This document shows, piece by piece, positions 37,433 to 44,019 of a stretch of DNA of 64,000 nt. Position 1 is the stretch's first letter, and the number at the start of each line of letters is the position of its first letter. Made by a program: the position numbers and the translations under genes. The stretch is taken from the IMG/VR virus record IMGVR_UViG_3300034279_000305, positions 1 through 64,000 of that record. One strand, 5' to 3'. The notes below the pieces were generated by a model, which did no database searches, had not been told where the DNA came from, and saw nothing but the letters and a program-made list of their open reading frames with translations. This stretch comes from a virus.

Positions 37433-37746
37433 CCGATCAATGAACCTCCTGCTTTCTTCTTCGCCTTGGCAACTGCCTCTTGCGTCTTGACAGTCTTATG
37501 GTCTTTTTTACCATAGTCTTTGGCAAGGGGACTGTTGGGATTCGCGTCTGCAATTTTCGACATCACTTCCTTGAAGTGGTCTGGTGGTTTGACGCCATCA
37601 CCTACACCACCGATAATATTCGGTGCAGTTATACCTTGGATAAGGTGTGGATTTTTCTCTAGAAACTCTTGTAATGCGTCAAATGAACCCCAGAAATCAT
37701 CCTGAGGTTCACGTGTCTCTGCATCTAAAACTGTATATAAGGGCAT
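37429..37746 (-). CDS. Conserved T4-like hypothetical protein (FmdB-like)
   Basis: MPLY...EFLEKNPH...FKEVMSKIADANPNS. Confidence 0.65.
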   Translation of the reverse strand: MPLYTVLDAETREPQDDFWGSFDALQEFLEKNPHLIQGITAPNIIGGVGDGVKPPDHFKEVMSKIADANPNSPLAKDYGKKDHKTVKTQEAVAKAKKKAGGSLIG

Positions 37747-37774
37747 TGTTATCGCTCTCTAATTAATACCAAAA

Positions 37775-37850
37775 TGGTACGGAGTGACGGGCTCGAACCG
37801 CCGACATTCTGCGTGTAAAGCAGACGCTCTACCAACTGAGCTAACCCCGC
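37775..37850 (-). tRNA. tRNA-Val(UAC)
   Basis: Cloverleaf; anticodon loop TT-TAC-AC; CCA encoded. Confidence 0.93.
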
Positions 37851-38278
37851 ACAACGTGGTCCGCTGCATGGGTGGCAGCGAACGAATCAGGTTTGACCTT
37901 GGCATCAATACCAGTCGAACCCTTAACGTATCCCAGTGCTTCTTTCACTGCGATATTACTCTTATACCTTGGATTTGGATTTAAGTCAAGGTGTATTTCC
38001 AATTTTCTTTGACCAACTACGTCTAAAATTGCAGTTGCTGCTTCAATAGCAAATCCTGCTTCAGTAATTAGACGTTGACGTAGATTGCCAAAGTCGCGCA
38101 TCTCTACGTTTCTAGAGAATAAATTACCACCATGCTTAGAATCCTTGTGGAGAATAATAACAGTGGAATACTTAGCAAACCAAAGACCGTTGCGTTTGAA
38201 TCGAATGGAGTCCGCACCTACATAAACAGATGACGTCTCGCTTGAATTTAGAATTGCTTGTCTTGCTTCATCATACAT
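37841..38278 (-). CDS. YkuK/DUF458 RNase H-like protein
   Basis: VYVGADS, LRQRLITEA, EIHLDLN, VKPDSFAATHAAD. Confidence 0.8.
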   Translation of the reverse strand: MYDEARQAILNSSETSSVYVGADSIRFKRNGLWFAKYSTVIILHKDSKHGGNLFSRNVEMRDFGNLRQRLITEAGFAIEAATAILDVVGQRKLEIHLDLNPNPRYKSNIAVKEALGYVKGSTGIDAKVKPDSFAATHAADHVVRG

Positions 38279-38296
38279 AGGTCACCTATTGAAAAT

Positions 38297-38372
38297 TGGC
38301 GGCGGGTGGTAGGAATTGAACCTACTTCTCAAGGTTTTGGAGACCCGTGGATTACCGTTTTCCCTCACCCCC
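38297..38372 (-). tRNA. tRNA-Trp(CCA), with atypical D arm and acceptor stem
   Basis: Loop CT-CCA-AA; T arm GTAGG-TTCAATT-CCTAC; bulged or mismatched acceptor; CCA end. Confidence 0.75.
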
Positions 38373-38387
38373 GTAATACTTATAAAA

Positions 38388-38464
<77 letters not shown>

Positions 38465-38525
38465 AAAGTCAAGTCGCACTGTGACGCCTGACCCCGTACT
38501 GCCCAGAAAAACAGTACGTCGTATA

Positions 38526-38607
38526 TGGTACCCAAGATAGGATTCGAACCTACATCTTACTTCCAGTTACCTTTGGCTCCGTTCGTAGCGGAGAGGGATA
38601 CTTGGGC
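38526..38607 (-). tRNA. Rearranged tRNA-like RNA with Arg(ACG) anticodon and no canonical D arm
   Basis: GCCCAAG/CTTGGGT acceptor plus ACCA; CTCCG-CTACGAA-CGGAG arm only 7 nt after the acceptor strand; canonical T arm. Confidence 0.7.
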
Positions 38608-38612
38608 AAAAA

Positions 38613-38687
38613 TGGAGCGGGAGATCGGGATCGAACCGACGACGAACAGCTTGGAAGGCTGACACTCTACCACTGAGTTACACCCGC
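38613..38687 (-). tRNA. tRNA-Gly(UCC)
   Basis: Cloverleaf; CT-TCC-AA; CCA. Confidence 0.92.
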
Positions 38688-38695
38688 ATTAAACT

Positions 38696-38703
38696 TATTT
38701 ATA
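38696..38703 (-). promoter_or_regulatory. Late promoter TATAAATA inside the tRNA array
   Basis: Exact match between tRNA-Asp and tRNA-Gly. Confidence 0.6.
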
Positions 38704-38704
38704 T

Positions 38705-38781
38705 TGGCGACTCGTACGGGACTTGAACCCGTGGCCTCTAGCGTGACAGGCTAGCGATCTAACCAACTGATCTAACGAGCC
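38705..38781 (-). tRNA. tRNA-Asp(GUC)
   Basis: Cloverleaf; CT-GTC-AC; CCA. Confidence 0.93.
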
Positions 38782-38786
38782 TAAAC

Positions 38787-38872
38787 TGGTGGACAGGGTT
38801 GGATTCGAACCAACGTAGCATTACTGCGGCAGATTTACAGTCTGCTGGTATTAACCACTCACCCACCTATCC
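38787..38872 (-). tRNA. tRNA-Tyr(GUA)
   Basis: CT-GTA-AA; long variable arm; CCA. Confidence 0.93.
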
Positions 38873-38877
38873 AAAAA

Positions 38878-38953
38878 TGGTGCTCCCGAACGGATTCGAA
38901 CCGCTGACACGTGGTTCTTCAAACCACTGCTCTACCAACTGAGCTACAGGAGC
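38878..38953 (-). tRNA. tRNA-Phe(GAA)
   Basis: TT-GAA-GA loop; cloverleaf; CCA. Confidence 0.9.
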
Positions 38954-38959
38954 ATATAA

Positions 38960-39042
38960 TGGTACGCCTAGAGGGACTCGAACCCCCACGCTTTCGCACT
39001 GGTACCTAAAACCAGCGTGTCTACCAATTCCACCATAGGCGC
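38960..39042 (-). tRNA. tRNA-Leu(UAG)
   Basis: TT-TAG-GT; long variable arm; CCA. Confidence 0.93.
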
Positions 39043-39052
39043 ATAAAAGAGT

Positions 39053-39165
39053 GACCACCTAAGTGTGCCTTGATTGCTTACTTCGCGACGTTGCAATCTT
39101 CCCATGTGAAGAAATATATTGCAAATTATTTCCGCACAACTTCTCGAGGTTCAGCATAGGTGGTC
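39053..39165 (-). ncRNA. Candidate structured ncRNA (long interrupted hairpin)
   Basis: Terminal stem GACCACCTA/TAGGTGGTC; inner stems TTGCAAT/ATTGCAA and CTTC/GAAG; lies between tRNAs. Confidence 0.5.
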
Positions 39166-39170
39166 TATAT

Positions 39171-39246
39171 TGGTGGAGAATAACGGGATCGAACCGTTCA
39201 CCTTCTGCGTGCAAGGCAGACGCTCTACCGAATGAGCTAATTCCCC
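39171..39246 (-). tRNA. tRNA-Ala(UGC)
   Basis: CT-TGC-AC; G3:U70; CCA. Confidence 0.93.
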
Positions 39247-39257
39247 GAATCTATAAA

Positions 39258-39410
39258 GCGAAGTGGGAGGATTCAGTTGTACCTCCATGACCCAGTCAAT
39301 TACTATCTGTAATCTCGGTCAACGACTCGTTACTGGTTAAGAGGAGTACCACTCCCCGAGTCTACATTATCCCCACTGACGAGGGGATTATTCAGTCACA
39401 CTTCTTACGC
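39258..39410 (-). ncRNA. Multi-stem ncRNA, possibly manA-motif-like
   Basis: GAAGTG/CACTTC closing stem, four internal helices and potential pseudoknots; the family assignment is from recollection and unverified. Confidence 0.55.
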
Positions 39411-39430
39411 CGACCGTCGCCAGCGATATT

Positions 39431-39509
39431 TGGTTGCAGAGGTTGGATTTGAACCAACGATTTCCGGCTTATGAGACCAGCGAGGACGACCAGACTCCTC
39501 TACTCCGCG
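39431..39509 (-). tRNA. tRNA-Met(CAU), initiator-like
   Basis: C1:A72 mismatch; CT-CAT-AA; TTCAAAT T-loop; CCA. Confidence 0.85.
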
Positions 39510-39515
39510 ATAAAC

Positions 39516-39590
39516 TGGCTCCCTAAGATGGATTCGAACCACCGACCAATTGATTAACAGTCAACTGCGCTACCGCTGCGCCATTAGGGA
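39516..39590 (-). tRNA. tRNA-Asn(GUU)
   Basis: CT-GTT-AA; CCA. Confidence 0.93.
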
Positions 39591-39597
39591 ATAAGAA

Positions 39598-39673
<76 letters not shown>

Positions 39674-39782
39674 AAAACTTATTTAAAGAACACACTATAT
39701 GCCTATTGACACGCATCTTAAGCGGGACTCACAATAATGTGCTCATTAAATAAGTCTCGAAAGACTTATTTTATTATAACAA

Positions 39783-39794
39783 TGTCAAAGAGCA
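39783..39794 (-). promoter_or_regulatory. boxA antitermination element
   Basis: TGCTCTTTGACA, one mismatch from rrn boxA TGCTCTTTAACA, just downstream of the promoters. Confidence 0.65.
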
Positions 39795-39801
39795 GGAACT
39801 T

Positions 39802-39839
39802 TATTTATACATTCTACTACAATTTTTGTAGAAAGTCAA
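39802..39839 (-). promoter_or_regulatory. Tandem early (TTGACT-17 bp-TAGAAT) and late (TATAAATA) promoters of the tRNA operon
   Basis: -35 box at 39839-39834, -10 box at 39816-39811, TATAAATA at 39809-39802. Confidence 0.75.
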
Positions 39840-39868
39840 CACTTATTTTCATTTTTACCAAAATAATT

Positions 39869-39944
39869 TGGTAGGGTCGGTGGGACTCGAACCCACACTG
39901 GAGGGATTTTAAGTCCCTTGTCTCTGCCTTTGGACTACGACCCC
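39869..39944 (-). tRNA. tRNA-Leu(UAA) with a short variable loop
   Basis: AGGGA-CTTAAAA-TCCCT; 5-nt variable region; CCA. Confidence 0.85.
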
Positions 39945-39945
39945 A

Positions 39946-40023
39946 TGGGGTGGAAGACGGGACTCGAACCCGCGACATTCGGCATCACAAGCCGACGCTC
40001 TAACCAACTGAGCTACAACCACC
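39946..40023 (-). tRNA. tRNA-His(GUG) with encoded G-1:C73
   Basis: TT-GTG-AT; begins G-GTGGTTG and ends CTTCCAC-C-CCA. Confidence 0.88.
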
Positions 40024-40024
40024 A

Positions 40025-40113
40025 TGGCGGAACATCAGGGAGTCGAACCCTGTCTACCCTTTACAGGTAGTACGCATTAGCAGTGCGCTGCATTACCGTC
40101 CTGCCCATGTTCC
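40025..40113 (-). tRNA. tRNA-Ser(GCU)
   Basis: CT-GCT-AA; long variable arm; CCA. Confidence 0.9.
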
Positions 40114-40118
40114 AAACC

Positions 40119-40196
40119 TGGAGCGCCGAGTCGGATTCGAACCGACGACTGGAAGGATTTGCAGTCCTTTGCATTTGACCACTCTGCCATCGGCGC
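40119..40196 (-). tRNA. tRNA-Cys(GCA)
   Basis: CT-GCA-AA; U73; CCA. Confidence 0.92.
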
Positions 40197-40197
40197 T

Positions 40198-40269
40198 TGG
40201 TACCAGCAGTAGGTAACGCTCCTACCAAACCAACCTTATGAGAGTCGGTCGGACACTTATCCTGCTGGC
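40198..40269 (-). tRNA. Atypical tRNA-like RNA with CAU anticodon (elongator Met?)
   Basis: GCCAGCA/TGCTGGT acceptor plus ACCA; mini D hairpin GGA-TAAGTG-TCC; CT-CAT-AA loop; T loop AGCGTTA. Confidence 0.65.
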
Positions 40270-40271
40270 AT

Positions 40272-40347
40272 TGGTGCGTCTAGTAGGCTCCGACCCTACG
40301 ACCTCACGGTTATCAGCCGTGTGCTCTACCAACTGAGCTATAGACGC
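40272..40347 (-). tRNA. tRNA-Ile(GAU) with a non-canonical T loop
   Basis: CT-GAT-AA; T arm GTAGG-GTCGGAG-CCTAC; CCA. Confidence 0.85.
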
Positions 40348-40354
40348 ATTAACT

Positions 40355-40549
40355 CTACTTCGAATCTGCCTGCGGAGTTACTGCCGCATCTAGAGGTTTT
40401 TCTGCTGCTTCTTCTGTTGCATTTGCTGTAGCAAGTGCTTCATCTGCTGCAGGACCAGCAGCTTCTGCAACTGATGGCGTTTCTGCGCTGGGAGCACATG
40501 CTGCTGTAAGTGCTACAACTGCTGCTGCCATAAAAGTCTTGATATTCAT
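40355..40549 (-). CDS. Small Ala-rich lipoprotein
   Basis: Signal peptide with lipobox LTAAC; AAGGAAG RBS. Confidence 0.7.
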   Translation of the reverse strand: MNIKTFMAAAVVALTAACAPSAETPSVAEAAGPAADEALATANATEEAAEKPLDAAVTPQADSK

Positions 40550-40626
40550 ATTATTACTTCCTTCGTTAATAGAGTTTGAGAGACTAACCGTGATCTCTCG
40601 CGTGCTTATTAAGTAGCAACCCTAAC

Positions 40627-40702
40627 TGGTGGACACTCTGGGGCTTGAACCCAGGACCTACAGGTTAAAAGCCCGTTGCTCTACCTACTGAGCTAAGTGT
40701 CC
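40627..40702 (-). tRNA. tRNA-Lys(UUU)
   Basis: CT-TTT-AA; CCA. Confidence 0.92.
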
Positions 40703-40707
40703 GAAAC

Positions 40708-40783
40708 TGGTAGACCCTGTTGGATTCGAACCAACGACCTGCGGATTAAGAGTCCGATGCTCTACCGACTGAGCTAAGGGTCC
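40708..40783 (-). tRNA. tRNA-Lys(CUU)
   Basis: CT-CTT-AA; CCA. Confidence 0.92.
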
Positions 40784-40789
40784 ATAAAC

Positions 40790-40865
40790 TGGTAGACGAG
40801 GAGGGACTCGAACCCCCAACCAAACCGTTATGAGCGGTCGGCTCTAACCATTGAGCTACTCGTCT
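40790..40865 (-). tRNA. tRNA(CAU), probably Ile2 (lysidine type)
   Basis: CT-CAT-AA; the body TAGCTCAATGGTTAGAGCCG...TTGGTTGGGGGTTCGAGTCCCTC resembles alphaproteobacterial Ile2 as recalled. Confidence 0.8.
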
Positions 40866-41064
40866 AGATGTAGATTCGATGCTCGAAATCCGGATTCACA
40901 TGAGCGCCAACTACTTGACGCACGATGTAATAATAATCGATGAACCGATCACCGTCACGAGTATACACACCATGGGCATTCCGTGCTTCATCTTCCGACG
41001 CATACACGCCAAGGAGCACAGAACCTGCCATATCGAACTCACCTAGTAATGCAAAAACTTCCAT
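40864..41064 (-). CDS. Hypothetical early protein
   Basis: RBS and promoter upstream. Confidence 0.6.
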   Translation of the reverse strand: MEVFALLGEFDMAGSVLLGVYASEDEARNAHGVYTRDGDRFIDYYYIVRQVVGAHVNPDFEHRIYI

Positions 41065-41091
41065 AACAATTTCCTTTCAAACTATACACAC

Positions 41092-41120
41092 AGTATACCC
41101 CAGATTTAAGAAAAAGTCAA
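41092..41120 (-). promoter_or_regulatory. Early promoter
   Basis: TTGACT-17 bp-TATACT. Confidence 0.8.
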
Positions 41121-41152
41121 GCCCCTATTTTGCATTTTATCAAATTATTTTT

Positions 41153-41229
41153 TGGTGACCCCTACGGGATTCGAACCCGTGATCTTCGCCGTGAAAGGGC
41201 GATGTCCTAGACCGCTAGACGAAGGGGCC
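41153..41229 (-). tRNA. tRNA-Glu(UUC)
   Basis: CT-TTC-AC; CCA. Confidence 0.93.
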
Positions 41230-41231
41230 AA

Positions 41232-41320
<89 letters not shown>

Positions 41321-41326
41321 TAAACG

Positions 41327-41563
41327 TTAGAGACCAATCGCGGTACGATATGTCTCTAGAATCATATCTTCTTCTTGCCGAATATGCGCTTCCTTTTTAC
41401 GGAGACGAATAATCTGGCGAGTCGCTTTAGCATCGTAACCTTCGCCTTTCAACTCAGAATAGACTTCCTTACGATCTGCCTTCCTAGCATCAAGATCCGC
41501 TTCGATATTTTCGATGCGCTCGATGAAGAGGCGATACTTATCAACTGCAATAATGTCACTCAT
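41327..41563 (-). CDS. gapR: GapR/DUF2312 nucleoid-associated protein
   Basis: LFIERIENIE....KEVYSELKGEGYDAKATRQIIRLRKK...EEDMILETYRTAIG. Confidence 0.85.
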   Translation of the reverse strand: MSDIIAVDKYRLFIERIENIEADLDARKADRKEVYSELKGEGYDAKATRQIIRLRKKEAHIRQEEDMILETYRTAIGL

Positions 41564-41580
41564 AATATTCTCCTACAAAA

Positions 41581-41656
41581 TGGATGCCCCGTCAGGTCTC
41601 GAACCTGAACTCTTCTGAATCAAAATCAGACGTGTTGCCAATTACACCACGGGGCA
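41581..41656 (-). tRNA. tRNA-Gln(UUG)
   Basis: TT-TTG-AT; CCA. Confidence 0.9.
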
Positions 41657-41676
41657 AGAACCTCAATAACAAAACC

Positions 41677-41705
41677 AATATACTATAGATTTATAAAATA
41701 GTCAA
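41677..41705 (-). promoter_or_regulatory. Promoter at the head of the tRNA region
   Basis: TTGACT-17 bp-TATATT. Confidence 0.65.
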
Positions 41706-41719
41706 CACTTTTCTTCAAA

Positions 41720-42214
41720 CTATTTGTATGGGTCGTAATTTCTTCCCCATAACCATCCACTCGGTAGACTGAACGATCTTGGGTCGACCAGATGCGTCTT
41801 ACCACTAGGTTCAACACACCACCTTCGCACCCGCATACTTTGCATAAGACTCATCTTGCGACGAGTCTCGTAGGAGTGCCTCCGATTATACATCGGATTA
41901 TTCTCTCCCCGACGAGTTCCCTTCATCGTCCTGCTAATCTTTGCTCGATGCTCGTCTGACAATCCATTGGCATTTGGGTTTTTACTACCCTTCTTTGCCT
42001 CGGCAATTTTCTCTCTGCCTTCTGGAGTGTGCAATCTATTTCGTCGGCGAGTTACCTTGTCAACGACTTTAGAGATCTTTTGTTGCTTAGAAGCAGTTTC
42101 GCGAATCAACTCAATGTTGGTTGTCTGTAGAATCAGTTCGCGAGGTTTTGGGACGATTGTTGGATCTTTTACGATCCACAGTTCCGTTTTATGTTGAAAG
42201 AGGTAAAACCTCAT
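41720..42214 (-). CDS. NUMOD3-repeat DNA-binding protein (homing-endonuclease-derived)
   Basis: HTPEGREKIAEAKKG, SDEHRAKISRTMKG, GENNPMYNRRHSYETRRKMS. Confidence 0.7.
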   Translation of the reverse strand: MRFYLFQHKTELWIVKDPTIVPKPRELILQTTNIELIRETASKQQKISKVVDKVTRRRNRLHTPEGREKIAEAKKGSKNPNANGLSDEHRAKISRTMKGTRRGENNPMYNRRHSYETRRKMSLMQSMRVRRWCVEPSGKTHLVDPRSFSLPSGWLWGRNYDPYK

Positions 42215-42599
42215 TTACAATGCCTTTATCAATCAACGTCAAATCATGTTCCCGATCAATGTATTTAAACTCTACATGGTCTGGATCAAATTCCTGTAGC
42301 GCCTCGAAGACATCCTTCGTATTTAGCGCCGAGCACGTATACACATCCAGTTGCATGAGAGCAGGAGAAACCTCATCCCAAACATGCATAGCAATATGCG
42401 ATGTTTCGATAATAGTAACTGCAGTCAAACCACGATTGCCTTCCATGTCACTGTAAACAGCATATGGACCCATTAGTATCTTCATACCAATTTTATCAAC
42501 CAGAGTCTTCATCCAGTCCTGGATTGCCTCTGCGCATTGTGGTGGATTCTTCAATTCAGCTCTGATAATCAGATGTTTATGCTCAAGAATTTGCCCCAT
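42189..42599 (-). CDS. speD: S-adenosylmethionine decarboxylase proenzyme
   Basis: KHLII, GLTAVTIIETSHIAMHVWDE, LDVYTC. Confidence 0.85.
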   Translation of the reverse strand: MGQILEHKHLIIRAELKNPPQCAEAIQDWMKTLVDKIGMKILMGPYAVYSDMEGNRGLTAVTIIETSHIAMHVWDEVSPALMQLDVYTCSALNTKDVFEALQEFDPDHVEFKYIDREHDLTLIDKGIVNEVLPLST

Positions 42600-42633
42600 C
42601 GATGTTCCTTCTTCGTAGGTGCTGGAAAGATCT

Positions 42634-42641
42634 TATTTATA
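42634..42641 (-). promoter_or_regulatory. Late promoter TATAAATA upstream of speD
   Basis: Exact match. Confidence 0.6.
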
Positions 42642-43137
42642 AGACCGACAAAGACTTTTTTGCTCGAGACTGCTTCTTAACCTCTGGTTTCTTCCATCCA
42701 GGAAGGAATGATTCTAGCACATCTGCTAATGTAGGATACTTATCGAGGAGTTTCTGGTCCTTGACAAGATCGAGCAGTTCTACCTCAGTAGCTACTACGC
42801 CCTGACAGATCTGCATCCAGAGTTCTTCCCTACGCCACTGACCGAGATTCTTTGCGCTTCCATCTGGTAGCAGAGTTAGAAGACGACGAAACTCCTGTGT
42901 GATGGTGGTGTCGCCCATATTTTCGGGGAGACCTTCATCCTTAAAGGGAGTCTTACCTTCTGGTAGATTCCATGGACCTTGTTCGTAACCCACACCCCAT
43001 GCAATAAATCGCATAAGAATAGAGTTGCCGACTGAGATTGCACCAACACGTGCGGAAAGTTCTTCTGTTGTTTTTGCTTCAACTGCCCAGTCAAGAGCCT
43101 CGTTGATTTGCCTAAATTTCTTGGGTACTATTGCCAT
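42637..43137 (-). CDS. Conserved T4-like hypothetical protein
   Basis: WNLPEGKTPF...RREELWMQICQG..EVELLDLVKDQKL. Confidence 0.7.
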   Translation of the reverse strand: MAIVPKKFRQINEALDWAVEAKTTEELSARVGAISVGNSILMRFIAWGVGYEQGPWNLPEGKTPFKDEGLPENMGDTTITQEFRRLLTLLPDGSAKNLGQWRREELWMQICQGVVATEVELLDLVKDQKLLDKYPTLADVLESFLPGWKKPEVKKQSRAKKSLSVL

Positions 43138-44019
43138 TTAAAATTCATCCACTAGTTCAATCAATTGTGTCATACGATTAGCGATAAAGTAGTTCAATAG
43201 ACCAGAACGGTCGCCACCCTTCTGCATCTCGTAACTATCTATAATACTTTCCTTAATATCTTCAGGAATTCTTGATAGATCAACCAGTTCGCGGTTGCGC
43301 TGGTAGTTGCGCCACATTTCATCACTGTTGATAAACTCTTCTGGTTTCTGAGTTTTCCATTCAGCGAGTTTATCTTTACGAATAGGACGCTGACGGTCAC
43401 CATTGATGAAAGTGTCATCACAGGAAAGGATATTCGGAACACCGTCACCCTTATCGCCCATGATAATATGTTCCATGAGCACTGCTTCAGGTGATTCCTT
43501 CAACTTACAGAACTTCTTTTGAACAGGAGCATACTGTTTAACATTGTTCCACTTCTGCAGTTGCTGGAAGTCATGGTCACCAGAAAGAATAAGGAAAGGT
43601 TCAGCACTAGGCATGAGACCATCAGTGTTCATAGTCTGACTATACTCGGCGAGCACTGCGATAACATCATCTGCCTCAGCACCATCAACGTCGATTACAG
43701 GATAAGGGAAATGCTCTGTGAGTTCGGAGCGAACAAGGTGTAGCGCCTCGAAGATAGAGTTCCAGTCGAATCCACTTTCATCACGCGACTTCTTACGGTT
43801 TGCCTTGTAGTTCGGGAAATACTGACGACGCCAGTAGTGACGATTGTCACAGGCGATAACCATATCGCCAAACTCAGGACCAAACTTCTTACGATATGAC
43901 CGAAGCGCATTGATAATCATGTGACGAACGAGAGGGATGTTTACCTCAACGTCACGACGACCCGCCAAATTTGCCATCAGACTGCTGATTGCAGTCTGGT
44001 TATAATCTACAACAATCAC
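43138..44019 (-). CDS. rnh: T4-type RNase H / 5'-3' flap exonuclease
   Basis: VDYNQ, YWRRQYFPNYKANRKK, EADDVIA, SGDHDFQQL, GDKGDGVPNI. Confidence 0.93.
   Translation of the reverse strand: MIVVDYNQTAISSLMANLAGRRDVEVNIPLVRHMIINALRSYRKKFGPEFGDMVIACDNRHYWRRQYFPNYKANRKKSRDESGFDWNSIFEALHLVRSELTEHFPYPVIDVDGAEADDVIAVLAEYSQTMNTDGLMPSAEPFLILSGDHDFQQLQKWNNVKQYAPVQKKFCKLKESPEAVLMEHIIMGDKGDGVPNILSCDDTFINGDRQRPIRKDKLAEWKTQKPEEFINSDEMWRNYQRNRELVDLSRIPEDIKESIIDSYEMQKGGDRSGLLNYFIANRMTQLIELVDEF

Noticed and set aside
39258-39410. tmRNA or ZTP riboswitch
   Set aside because: Too short for tmRNA, with no CCA end or tag reading frame. It lacks the full ZTP consensus and precedes a tRNA rather than a coding gene.
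40575-40626. tRNA-associated HDV-like (theta) ribozyme after tRNA-Lys
   Set aside because: No P1 partner strand or nested double pseudoknot could be built by eye.
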